From positions 41-64,040 of the forward strand of contig JAZRGN010000002.1 of the NCBI GenBank assembly GCA_045644165.1: 64,000 nt of DNA, given 5' to 3'. Position numbers and translations under genes: made by a program. Numbering within the stretch: position 1 is the stretch's first letter; the number at the start of each line of letters is the position of its first letter. A model generated the notes under the pieces. It had not been told where the DNA came from. It did not search any database and worked only from the letters and a program-made list of their open reading frames with translations. Below are positions 1-8,264 of the stretch, piece after piece. Source of the DNA: Christensenellaceae bacterium. GTDB lineage: Bacteria; Bacillota; Clostridia; Christensenellales; Borkfalkiaceae.

Positions 1-2
1 TA

Positions 3-278
3 GACGTAATGAATTGCTCTGCCGATTATGCGTTAGGTTTAATTGATATTGATACAGAAGATAACTTTCTAGAGCCTTTACCTTTTGGCGAGAGATTAAG
101 AGAAATTCTTAAACAAAAGGGTATTTCCGGCGAAAGACTAAAAAGGGAATTACCTGTTTCTAGTTCTCTTATATATAGGTGGCAAATAGGAAAGTCTTTG
201 CCTTATCCAACCACCTTAATTCGTCTTGCAAAATATCTAGACGTTTCAGTAGATTACTTACTAGGTAGAGTTAGATAA
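3..278 (+). CDS. XRE-family HTH transcriptional regulator, 5' end cut by the window edge; probably has two tandem HTH domains
   Basis: The frame is open from nt 3. Residues around the first Met (..CSADYALGL) look like the tail of an upstream XRE HTH. A complete HTH follows (FGERLREILKQKGISGERL..LIRLAKYLDVSVDYLLG). Confidence 0.6.
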   Translation, partial: DVMNCSADYALGLIDIDTEDNFLEPLPFGERLREILKQKGISGERLKRELPVSSSLIYRWQIGKSLPYPTTLIRLAKYLDVSVDYLLGRVR

Positions 279-285
279 AAACTAA

Positions 286-316
286 CGCCGAGCGAATTTT
301 TCGCTCGGCGTTTTTG
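286..316 (+). terminator. Rho-independent terminator
   Basis: Stem cgccgagcga/tcgctcggcg with a tttt loop, followed by tttttg. Confidence 0.75.
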
Positions 317-352
317 TTTGCTAAAAATTTTACTCGTGATATAATATAGTTA

Positions 353-1204
353 ATGAAAGAACACGTTTTTATAGTAGAACAAAAATTTAATAACTATAAA
401 TGCAAAGATTTTCTTAAAGCCAAAGGCGTTTCAAGAGAGATTTTGTTAAAGGTTAAAGATGGTGGCGTTTACCTAAACGACCTTTTAGTAAACAACGTTA
501 ATAACCTAGTAAAGTCAGGGGATAAGGTGAAAATCGTTTTACCCGTAGATAAGAAAAACCCATTCGTAAACCCAATAAAAGGCGAATTAAAAGTTTGTTA
601 TGAAGACGATTATATGCTTGCCGTTTATAAGCCTTGTGGAATGCCTACACATAACTCAAGGGGCAATAACCTAACTTCTTTAGACCAATTAGTTTGTGGA
701 TATTTTATGCCAAACGAATTTACTTTTAGGGCAGTTAATAGGATAGATAGAGATACTTCTGGAATAGTTTTAATTGCAAAAGACGAATTTTCTAGCAGTC
801 TTTTAGGGGAAATGGTTAAAAGGGGCGAGATTGATAAAACCTACACGGCAGTCGTATGTGGTGTTCCTAATCCAGAGCATTTTATTATAGAAAAGCCTAT
901 CAAAAGACAAAGCGACGGCAGTATGAAAAGGGTTTGTTCCCTTGACGGCAAGTATGCAAAAACCGAATGTAAACTATTAAAGCAACTCGAAAACGGCTTA
1001 TCTTTATTAGTAATAACACTTCATACGGGAAGAACGCACCAAATAAGAGTTCATTTAGCCGATTACGGCTTGCCACTTTACGCCGATAGCCTATATGGAC
1101 AAGCAGTGAAAGACAAAACTTATAACCTTTGTGCAAGCAGGTTAGAATTTATTCACCCATTTACTAAAGAAAAAATAATAATACAAGTCAAATGCAATTT
1201 ATAG
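353..1204 (+). CDS. RluA-family 23S rRNA/tRNA pseudouridine synthase (S4-like N-terminus)
   Basis: Motifs NRIDRDTSGIVLIAK and HTGRTHQIRVH are typical of the RluA/RluD family. Confidence 0.85.
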   Translation: MKEHVFIVEQKFNNYKCKDFLKAKGVSREILLKVKDGGVYLNDLLVNNVNNLVKSGDKVKIVLPVDKKNPFVNPIKGELKVCYEDDYMLAVYKPCGMPTHNSRGNNLTSLDQLVCGYFMPNEFTFRAVNRIDRDTSGIVLIAKDEFSSSLLGEMVKRGEIDKTYTAVVCGVPNPEHFIIEKPIKRQSDGSMKRVCSLDGKYAKTECKLLKQLENGLSLLVITLHTGRTHQIRVHLADYGLPLYADSLYGQAVKDKTYNLCASRLEFIHPFTKEKIIIQVKCNL

Positions 1205-1207
1205 AAA

Positions 1208-1246
1208 CAAAAAAGCACCGATTTTTCGGTGCTTCTACTTTTTTAT
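1208..1246. terminator. Bidirectional terminator between convergent genes
   Basis: Stem aagcaccg/cggtgctt flanked by an A-run on the left and a T-run on the right. Confidence 0.7.
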
Positions 1247-1249
1247 AAA

Positions 1250-2437
1250 TTATTTATCTTCGGTGGTGTAGTTATCGAAGTAACCTTGAATCCAAATGAT
1301 AGGCGTTCCCTTGTCGCCAGAGCCAGAAGTTAAGTCGCAAAGTGAACCGATTAGGTCGGTAAGTCTACGAGGGGTAGTTCCCATTTGACCAACAACTTTT
1401 TCGTCTTTTTCAGCGATTTTTTTCTTAATAGCGTTTTTAAGTTCTTCGCCTTTAAGGTCTGCAAAATCGTTATCTGCAAGGTATTTTAATTTAAGTTCGT
1501 TAGGCGTGCCTTCAAGCCCAGCCGTGTAAGCAGGTGAAACAACAGGGTCTGCAAGTTCCCAAATCTTACCAACAGGGTCCTTGAATGCTCCGTCGCCATA
1601 AACCATAACTTCAACGTTTTTGCCAGTTGCGTCTTTTAGGTTTTTAGCAATAGCATCTACTATTGGCTGACAATCTCTTGGGAATAGCTTAATGCTTTCT
1701 TCGGTAGACTTATTTGAGCCGAGTAGTCCGTATTCTGGGTTGTAACCACTGCCGTTAACTGGTGCGCTTAAAACGTCGTCTAGTCCGTAAACTAGTGCGC
1801 CTTCAGCCTTGAGAATTCTCTTTGTTCTTGCTCTAGTATGAATGTCGCAAGTTAAAACGTTTTTAGTGTAAGGTAAAATTGCTTTTGGGTTATTAGCAAA
1901 AATAATTTCGCATTCAGCACCTTCGCCCGTAACTAATTGAGTGTAATATTCAACGTAATCAACGCCTGTAAAGGTATGTTTAGCGTGGCCGAATAATTCA
2001 CGATATTTTTGTTCTGTTAAAACGTCGGTGTATGGGTTAACGCCTTTAGCATCTAAATCGTCAAGAGAAATTAGGTGGTTACCAACTTCGTCAGATGGAT
2101 AAGAAAGCATAATAACAACTTTTTTAGCACCCCTAGCGATACCCTTTAGACATACTGAAAAACGGTTACGAGAAAGGATAGGGAATATAACGCCAACCGT
2201 TTCTCCACCAAATTTATTCTTTACGTCGGTAGCAACGTCGTCTATACTAGCGTAATTTCCTTGCGCTCTTGCAACGATTGCTTCGGTCATAGCAACAACG
2301 TCTTTGTCGTGAAATTTAACCCCTTCAACTTGACTTGCCTCTAAAACGCTATCGGTAACTACTTTAACGATATCGTCGCCTTGTTTAATAATCGGTGCAC
2401 GAACGCCACGAGAAACTGTTCCAAACAAACGGCTCAT
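1250..2437 (-). CDS. CofE-like (F420-0:gamma-glutamyl ligase family, COG1478-type) protein
   Basis: 395-aa ORF with an AAGGAG SD. The overall pattern (..APIIKQGDDIV.., ..VAMTEAIVARAQG.., ..VVIMLSYPSDEVGN..) recalls long CofE homologues of Firmicutes. This is a recollection, not a search. Confidence 0.45.
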   Translation of the reverse strand: MSRLFGTVSRGVRAPIIKQGDDIVKVVTDSVLEASQVEGVKFHDKDVVAMTEAIVARAQGNYASIDDVATDVKNKFGGETVGVIFPILSRNRFSVCLKGIARGAKKVVIMLSYPSDEVGNHLISLDDLDAKGVNPYTDVLTEQKYRELFGHAKHTFTGVDYVEYYTQLVTGEGAECEIIFANNPKAILPYTKNVLTCDIHTRARTKRILKAEGALVYGLDDVLSAPVNGSGYNPEYGLLGSNKSTEESIKLFPRDCQPIVDAIAKNLKDATGKNVEVMVYGDGAFKDPVGKIWELADPVVSPAYTAGLEGTPNELKLKYLADNDFADLKGEELKNAIKKKIAEKDEKVVGQMGTTPRRLTDLIGSLCDLTSGSGDKGTPIIWIQGYFDNYTTEDK

Positions 2438-2629
2438 AGTAATCTCCTTATATTTTAACCAATTTACCTTAATATTATAACACTAAAAGGCATAAATGAA
2501 AAGATTTTTTAAGGGTATATCTATAAAAATTACTTATATTAAAAAACCTTAATGGAATACATGAGCTATCATATTTAGGAATAAAAATTTTTCTAATGGT
2601 AAAAATAATAGAAAAAGGAGATTTTTGTT

Positions 2630-2818
2630 ATGAGTAAAAACATGCTTACCACAAAAGAAGCGACTATGCTTAGTGATTTATTAACTCACGAAGAATGTGC
2701 TTGCAAAAAGGCAAGGCTTTACGCAAACACAACCGACAACGATGAGCTTAAAGCAAAATTTAATAAACTAGCAGACAACCACGAGAAGCGTTTTAATGCG
2801 CTTTTGGAATTGTTATAA
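2630..2818 (+). CDS. Small helical protein co-transcribed with the CotF-like gene
   Basis: AAAGGAGA SD 8 nt upstream. The stop lies 10 nt before the next start. Confidence 0.5.
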   Translation: MSKNMLTTKEATMLSDLLTHEECACKKARLYANTTDNDELKAKFNKLADNHEKRFNALLELL

Positions 2819-2828
2819 AGGGGGAATT

Positions 2829-3110
2829 ATGGATTATAACGCAAACGTAACACTTAACGAAAAAGATAGTTTACAAGATTTACTCAACATGGAAAAATCA
2901 GTAGTAAAAATGTATTCAACGGCGATAACCGAAGGTTGTTCAAACGGGTTTAGAACGCTTATTAAAAGCAATCTAAACGAGGCGATTGACGACCAAGTAG
3001 AAGTCTTTTTTATGATGACCGAAAACGGCTATTATCAAGTTGAAAGCGCACCAGAAGAAAAAACAAACCAATTAAAAACCACCTTTAATAAGGTAAAGGA
3101 AAGTTTATAA
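2829..3110 (+). CDS. Spore coat protein F (CotF) domain protein
   Basis: LNEKDSLQDLLNMEKSVVKMYSTAITEGCSNGFRTLIKSNLNEAIDDQVEVF is a Coat_F-like pattern. The ATG at 2829 is preceded by AAAGGGGGA, so the ORF-track start at 2796 is rejected. Confidence 0.65.
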   Translation: MDYNANVTLNEKDSLQDLLNMEKSVVKMYSTAITEGCSNGFRTLIKSNLNEAIDDQVEVFFMMTENGYYQVESAPEEKTNQLKTTFNKVKESL

Positions 3111-3113
3111 AAC

Positions 3114-3146
3114 AAAAAACCGTTCGAAATTTTCGAACGGTTTTTA
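3114..3146. terminator. Bidirectional terminator
   Basis: 15-bp stem aaaaaccgttcgaaa/tttcgaacggttttt between convergent genes. Confidence 0.8.
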
Positions 3147-3163
3147 ATTATTTAATTACACTT

Positions 3164-4981
3164 TTATTTTTTCGTAACCAAAATTTTGGTAAAGAACATT
3201 GCTATTAATAAAATGATGATTGAGATTGGAAGAGCAACGTACCAAATTTGGATAAAGCCTGCGATAATGAAACTTACGAAAGAAATTATTGCAACGAAGA
3301 TTGCGTAAGGTAGTTGAGTGTAAACGTGATTTAAGTGTTCACATTCAGCGCCTGCGCTACTCATAATAGTAGTGTCTGAAATTGGCGAGCAGTGGTCTCC
3401 ACAAACAGCGCCTGCTAGACAAGCAGAAATACCAATCGTTCCAAGTGGGTCGGTAGGAGCGAACATAGCAGTTACTATTGGAATAAGTATACCGAAAGTT
3501 CCCCAACTCGTTCCGGTAGCGAATGAGAGTAGGCAAGCAACCAAGAAGATAACTGCAGGCAAGAACTTGTTTAGAGTTTCTTGAGAACCATTCATAAGGT
3601 CGCCGATATAGTAAGCAGCGCCAAGTTCACCCGTCATATTCTTTAATGCAGTAGCAAAGGTTAAAATGAATATTGCAGGAACCATTGCGATAAAGCCTTT
3701 TGGTAAAGATTCCATACACGCTTTGAAAGAAAGGTTCTTTCTAGCAACTAAGTAAACCATAGTTAGTATTAAGGCAACTAGTCCACCCCAAGGAAGAGCA
3801 ACGGTAGCGTCTGTGTCAGCAAAAGATTCTATTAAGGTTGCACCTTCAAAAATGCCACCAACGTAAACAAGTGCAAAGATAGAGAAAACTAACAAGAAGA
3901 TAATAGGTAAAACTAAATCCCATAATCTACCGTTATTGCTCTCGTAAGCGTTTTCGTCGTTAGTAACTTTAGCGCCAGAGAATAGGTCGCCGTTTGCAGC
4001 GTTAAGTTCGTGTTTTTTCATTGGACCGAAGTCGAACTTCATAAGAATTAACGCAAGAACGAATACTATTGTTAAAATCGAATAGAAGTTAAATGGAATA
4101 GCCATTATGAATAACTTAAAGCCTTCGCCGTCTGCAGCGTATTGAGAAACTGCGGCAGCCCAAGAAGAAATTGGGGCAATCATACAGATAGGGGCAGCCG
4201 TAGCGTCGATAAGGTATGCAAGTTTAGAACGGCTTATCTTATGCTTATCGGTTACAGGACGCATTACAGAACCAACCGTTAAGCAGTTAAAGTAGTCGTC
4301 GATAAAGATGAGAACACCTAAAACGAAAGAGCAAAGAGCAGCGCCAACTTTTGTTTTAACGTGTTTTTGCGCCCATTCGCCAAACGCCTTACTACCACCG
4401 GCTCGGTTGATGAGGGCAACTAAAATACCCAATTCAATTAGGAAGATGAATATTCCGGCAGTGCCACTTACAGCGTCGATTAAACCGGTGTTAACAACCG
4501 AATCTACCGTTCCAACAGGGCTGAAGTCGTTTATTAAAATCGCACCGGATAAAATACCAACGAATAGCGAAGAGAAAACTTCTTTAGTTATTAACGCTAA
4601 GCCTATTGCGATAATCGGTGGAATTAGCGCCCAGAACGAGCCTTGAACCTCGTGAGTTCCACCACAAGTTTCGCAACAATCAGGGCATTCAATCGTGTAA
4701 GAAAATCCTTCGCCATCACAAGTAGAGCAAAGGACGCCTTCTATCATGCCCTTGCCTTCACAATCAGGGCAAACGAAACCTTCCTTAGTGGATATAGTAT
4801 GTTCGTCGTTACAAGTTTCGCAAACGATTGCCTCTCCGTTAGAAGTGCAATCAGGGCAATCCAATGGTTTATGAACCACTCCCGTCGCCGTTAAGACGAT
4901 TAAAAGAGTTAGGATTACTACAGATGCAATTAAGGTTATTAAGTTCTTTTTAGTTAAAAAACCCTTGCTTGTTTTAATCAT
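3164..4981 (-). CDS. NhaC-family Na+/H+ antiporter with an N-terminal signal-anchor helix and a Cys-rich DnaJ-type zinc-finger-like module
   Basis: Polytopic body with NhaC-like segments (ALIPPIIAIGLALITKEVFSSLF..). Residues 42-106 contain six CxxC pairs, including CPDCEGKG and CSTCDGEG. AAGGAG SD. Confidence 0.75.
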   Translation of the reverse strand: MIKTSKGFLTKKNLITLIASVVILTLLIVLTATGVVHKPLDCPDCTSNGEAIVCETCNDEHTISTKEGFVCPDCEGKGMIEGVLCSTCDGEGFSYTIECPDCCETCGGTHEVQGSFWALIPPIIAIGLALITKEVFSSLFVGILSGAILINDFSPVGTVDSVVNTGLIDAVSGTAGIFIFLIELGILVALINRAGGSKAFGEWAQKHVKTKVGAALCSFVLGVLIFIDDYFNCLTVGSVMRPVTDKHKISRSKLAYLIDATAAPICMIAPISSWAAAVSQYAADGEGFKLFIMAIPFNFYSILTIVFVLALILMKFDFGPMKKHELNAANGDLFSGAKVTNDENAYESNNGRLWDLVLPIIFLLVFSIFALVYVGGIFEGATLIESFADTDATVALPWGGLVALILTMVYLVARKNLSFKACMESLPKGFIAMVPAIFILTFATALKNMTGELGAAYYIGDLMNGSQETLNKFLPAVIFLVACLLSFATGTSWGTFGILIPIVTAMFAPTDPLGTIGISACLAGAVCGDHCSPISDTTIMSSAGAECEHLNHVYTQLPYAIFVAIISFVSFIIAGFIQIWYVALPISIIILLIAMFFTKILVTKK

Positions 4982-5016
4982 AAAACACTCCTTTGTATAA
5001 ATATCAAATATAATAT

Positions 5017-5045
5017 ATGATATATAAAAAGTCCCTAAGTGTCAA
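5017..5045 (-). promoter_or_regulatory. Sigma-A-type promoter for the nhaC-like gene
   Basis: Minus strand reads TTGACA-17 nt-TATCAT. Confidence 0.55.
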
Positions 5046-5093
5046 GAGGGTTTATGAAAATTGACTAAATTTACCAGTTTTACCCTAGTTTGG

Positions 5094-5121
5094 TTGCAAA
5101 AAAGAAAAATGTATGTATAAT
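5094..5121 (+). promoter_or_regulatory. Sigma-A-type promoter for the preQ1 leader and queT
   Basis: TTGCAA-16 nt-TATAAT. Confidence 0.55.
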
Positions 5122-5136
5122 TAAAGGTAATCAAAT

Positions 5137-5173
5137 AGAAGGTTTTCGGTCAACACTTCGTTAAAACAACCGA
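5137..5173 (+). promoter_or_regulatory. preQ1-I-like riboswitch aptamer (H-type pseudoknot)
   Basis: P1 is GAAG(5138-41)/CUUC(5156-59). Loop UCGGU (5146-50) can pair with ACCGA (5169-73) after the A-rich tail GUUAAAACA. This layout resembles known preQ1-I aptamers, and the element sits directly upstream of queT. Confidence 0.55.
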
Positions 5174-5188
5174 GAAAAGAGTAAAAAT

Positions 5189-5217
5189 ATCCTTTCTCGG
5201 CGAGGAGGGATTTTTTT
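5189..5217 (+). terminator. Riboswitch expression platform: terminator that also sequesters the SD
   Basis: 10-bp stem AUCCUUUCUC/GAGGAGGGAU (two G-U pairs) followed by U7. The 3' arm contains the SD. CCGAGAAA (5170-77) can alternatively pair with UUUCUCGG (5193-5200) as an antiterminator. Confidence 0.6.
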
Positions 5218-5218
5218 A

Positions 5219-5728
5219 ATGAATAAAAAAACGCTAAAACTTACAAGATGCGCTATTATTTGTGCTTTGTATATAGTTCTATCCTGCATTACTTTTCCTA
5301 TTTCTGGTGGGGCAATTCAGTTTAGAATAGCAGAAAGCTTAACCCTTTTGCCGTTATTTTATTTTGAAAGCGTCGTGTCGGTATTCGTGGGTTGTTTTTT
5401 ATTTAATCTTTTAAGTGGACTTCCCATTTACGACGTGTTGTTTGGAAGTTTAATAACGTTAGTTGCAGGTGCATTAACTTACCTTGCTGGAAGGGTTATT
5501 AAAAACAAGGGATTAAATATTTTTATAGGTGGACTTTTTCCCGTTTTACTAAACGCATTGTTACTACCTATAGTTTGGTATTACGCATACGGAAAACTAG
5601 AGTTTGCCTATATCTTTTCAGTTTTAAGTTTGCTAATAAGCCAAGCACTTTCGGTATATTTAATAGGAACGATAGAGATAACTTATATATACAAATTAAG
5701 GAATAAGGGCATTGATTTTTTAGCGTAA
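5219..5728 (+). CDS. queT: Queuosine-precursor transporter QueT family protein
   Basis: 169-aa polytopic protein with a QueT-like N-terminus (..LTRCAIICALYIVLS..GAIQFRIAESLTLLP..), preceded by the preQ1-type leader. Confidence 0.7.
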   Translation: MNKKTLKLTRCAIICALYIVLSCITFPISGGAIQFRIAESLTLLPLFYFESVVSVFVGCFLFNLLSGLPIYDVLFGSLITLVAGALTYLAGRVIKNKGLNIFIGGLFPVLLNALLLPIVWYYAYGKLEFAYIFSVLSLLISQALSVYLIGTIEITYIYKLRNKGIDFLA

Positions 5729-5747
5729 TTATAAAAAATTTAAAATA

Positions 5748-5787
5748 AAAAAAGTTCGTTTTACTATGCTGTAAAACGAACTTTTTA
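5748..5787. terminator. Bidirectional terminator
   Basis: Stem aaagttcgtttta/taaaacgaacttt between convergent genes. Confidence 0.75.
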
Positions 5788-5789
5788 GA

Positions 5790-6005
5790 TTATTCGATTA
5801 CTCTAAAAGGATTATATACTACCCAGTAGAATATAAGCCACAAGCCCGATAATCCAACGAGCGAATAGATTATTCGAGAAACCATAGCGCCACCACCTGC
5901 ACCAAAAATTGCAGCGACGATATTAAAGTTGAATAAACCAACCATAAACCAAACGATTGCGCCTACGATAACCAAACTAAATGCTATTATTGTAGTTGTT
6001 CTCAT
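5790..6005 (-). CDS. DUF378-family small membrane protein
   Basis: MRTTTIIAFSLVIVGAIVWFMVGLFNFNIV..IIYSLVGLSGLW pattern. The ATG at 6005 is preceded by AGGGGGGA, so the longer ORF-track start is rejected. Confidence 0.7.
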   Translation of the reverse strand: MRTTTIIAFSLVIVGAIVWFMVGLFNFNIVAAIFGAGGGAMVSRIIYSLVGLSGLWLIFYWVVYNPFRVIE

Positions 6006-6107
6006 AATATCCCCCCTAATAAAAATGTTTTGCAAACTAAGAAAAATTATGCAAAACTATTTAAAAAAGTTTAAGAAGATGTTATAATTCAATTGAGGGA
6101 GACAGCT

Positions 6108-7823
6108 ATGTTAAAAAAATTTATGGCTTATTATAAGCCTCATAAGGTTATGTTTATTTTCGACATGCTCGCCGCATTCGTGGTGGCTATGGCTGGAATG
6201 GTATATCCTATTATAACTAGAAAAATGCTTAACGAGTTCATACCTAACAAGCAGTTTGATATGATACTCTTTTTTGGTGGGTTAGTTTTATTGCTTTACG
6301 TGCTAAGAATGTGTTTAAACTATTTTATTCAATATCAAGGGCATATGATTGGCGTTAAAATGCAAGCAAAAATGCGCACGGATATGTTTAACCACCTTCA
6401 AAAATTGCCGTATAAGTTTTACGACGATAACGAAACGGGCAAAATAATGAGCCGTATGACTAGCGACCTGTTCGAGGTAAGCGAACTTGCTCACCACGGT
6501 CCAGAAAACGTCATTATCTCTTCGGTAAGTATTATCGCATCTTTCGTTTATTTAGCAACAATAAATATTTATTTAACCTTGATAATATTCTTTTGCGTTC
6601 CATTTTTGCTAGTTATTTCCTTTTCGCTAAGAAAGAAAATGAGGCAAGCTTTTACCGATAGAAGAAGGGCAACGGGACAAATAAACGCCTCGGTTGAAAC
6701 GAGCATTTCTGGAATAAGGGTTTCAAAGGCGTTTAACAACTCAAACAAAGAGTTAGAGAAGTTTGAAGTCGGAAACGAGGCTTTCGTAGAGGCAGGCAGA
6801 AAATCATATAAAGCAATGGGAATTTTCCATTCAACTACAACCTTTGTAACCGAAGTCTTTAACGTAGTAGTTTTAATTGCCGGTGGATTGTTTTTATACG
6901 CAGGCAAAATTCAACTTGGCGACTACACTGCGTTTATAGTTTCAATAAACATATTTCTAGCCCCTGTTAGAACGCTAATTCAGTTTATGGAACAATATCA
7001 AAACGGCGTTTCTGGTTTTAGAAGATTTGTTGAAATTATGGAGGCTAAACCTGAAGAGGATAAACCAAATGCTCGTGATTTAACCGACGTTAATGGTGAA
7101 ATTACTATTAAAAATCTTAACTTTAGTTACGAAGAAGGCAAGGAAGTTATTCACGATTTAAGTTTAGAGGTTAAGAAAGGTCAAGTATTTGCATTAGTGG
7201 GACCAAGTGGTGGTGGCAAGACTACTCTTTGCCATTTAATCCCTGGTTTTTACAAGGTTGCAGACGGTAGTATTTTTATAGACGGCAAGGATATAAACGA
7301 CCTAACGGCGCATTCTTTAAGAGAAAATATAGGAATCGTTCAACAAGACGTATATCTATTTAACGCCAGCATAAAAGATAATATTTTATACGGCAGACAA
7401 GACGCTACTTTTGAAGAAGTTGTAGAATGTGCTAAAATGGCAAACGTTCACGATTTCGTAATGAGTTTAAAAGACGGATACGACACCATTATCGGCGAAA
7501 GGGGAATAAAACTTTCGGGTGGACAAAAACAAAGGCTTTCTATCGCAAGAGTATTCCTTAAAAACCCACCAATGCTTATATTAGACGAGGCGACTTCGGC
7601 GTTAGACAACATAACCGAGATAATGGTTCAAAAATCATTAAATCAGTTATCGAAGGGCAGAACGACCATCGTAGTTGCGCATAGGCTAACAACTATAAAA
7701 AACGCCGACTGTATAGCAGTAATAGACCAAGGCAAAGTAGTGGAAAAAGGTAGCCACGAAGAACTACTAAAACTTAACGGCGCATACGCTAAACTTTATA
7801 ACGAATCGTTTAGAGAAGAATAA
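6108..7823 (+). CDS. ABC exporter, fused permease/ATPase (MsbA/multidrug type)
   Basis: Six-helix TMD followed by Walker A GPSGGGKTT, signature LSGGQKQR and Walker B LILDEATSALD. The ATG at 6108 follows GAGGGAGA. Confidence 0.9.
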   Translation: MLKKFMAYYKPHKVMFIFDMLAAFVVAMAGMVYPIITRKMLNEFIPNKQFDMILFFGGLVLLLYVLRMCLNYFIQYQGHMIGVKMQAKMRTDMFNHLQKLPYKFYDDNETGKIMSRMTSDLFEVSELAHHGPENVIISSVSIIASFVYLATINIYLTLIIFFCVPFLLVISFSLRKKMRQAFTDRRRATGQINASVETSISGIRVSKAFNNSNKELEKFEVGNEAFVEAGRKSYKAMGIFHSTTTFVTEVFNVVVLIAGGLFLYAGKIQLGDYTAFIVSINIFLAPVRTLIQFMEQYQNGVSGFRRFVEIMEAKPEEDKPNARDLTDVNGEITIKNLNFSYEEGKEVIHDLSLEVKKGQVFALVGPSGGGKTTLCHLIPGFYKVADGSIFIDGKDINDLTAHSLRENIGIVQQDVYLFNASIKDNILYGRQDATFEEVVECAKMANVHDFVMSLKDGYDTIIGERGIKLSGGQKQRLSIARVFLKNPPMLILDEATSALDNITEIMVQKSLNQLSKGRTTIVVAHRLTTIKNADCIAVIDQGKVVEKGSHEELLKLNGAYAKLYNESFREE

Positions 7824-7850
7824 ATAGAATTAATAAAAACAAGAATAGAC

Positions 7851-7874
7851 GCCCGTCGGCAGTTGCCGACGGGC
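7851..7874 (+). terminator. GC-rich hairpin terminator
   Basis: gcccgtcggc-agtt-gccgacgggc. The T-tail is weak. Confidence 0.55.
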
Positions 7875-8175
7875 ATAGTTTAATAGAACAATTTTAAAAA
7901 TTACAAAAATTTTTAGGTTTATTTAAGTTAATGGCAATATAATACGAAAAAACAGCCTACACTCTCAATAAACTTTTTCCTACGACGAGGCGTCCCAAAG
8001 TTATGGGACGCCTTGCCGTTTTGTTGGCTCTTTTAAGTTGTTTTTAGGTAGATACATTAAGATAGAAGAAATTTTATTAATAAACGAAAAATAGGAGTAA
8101 TTAATGGCGTATATTAATCTTTTCGTTAAAAGTTAAAAAGGTCTTAAAATAATCTTTTTAATTTTTATCTATATG

Positions 8176-8205
8176 TTGATTTTAGGTTATACAAGGTATT
8201 ATAAT
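8176..8205 (+). promoter_or_regulatory. Candidate promoter of the two-component operon
   Basis: TTGATT-18 nt-TATAAT. Confidence 0.4.
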
Positions 8206-8264
8206 CTAAACAAGGTAAGCGTTTTTTGTTAATAGATACTGAAAAAGAAAAATGGAGAATTAAT

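Noticed and set aside
3372-4894. Plus-strand ORFs 3372-3584, 4308-4646 and 4643-4894.
   Set aside because: All are antisense shadows inside the NhaC-family gene.
5031-5060. About 27-nt similarity between 5031-5060 and 13811-13840 (..TAAGT..CAAGAGGGTTT.TGAAAA.T), first suspected to be a dispersed repeat.
   Set aside because: Read on the minus strand, both are sigma-A promoters (..AAACCCTCTTGAC..). The similarity is largely explained by the -35 box and its upstream flank. It is mentioned under the orphan promoter finding rather than as a repeat family.
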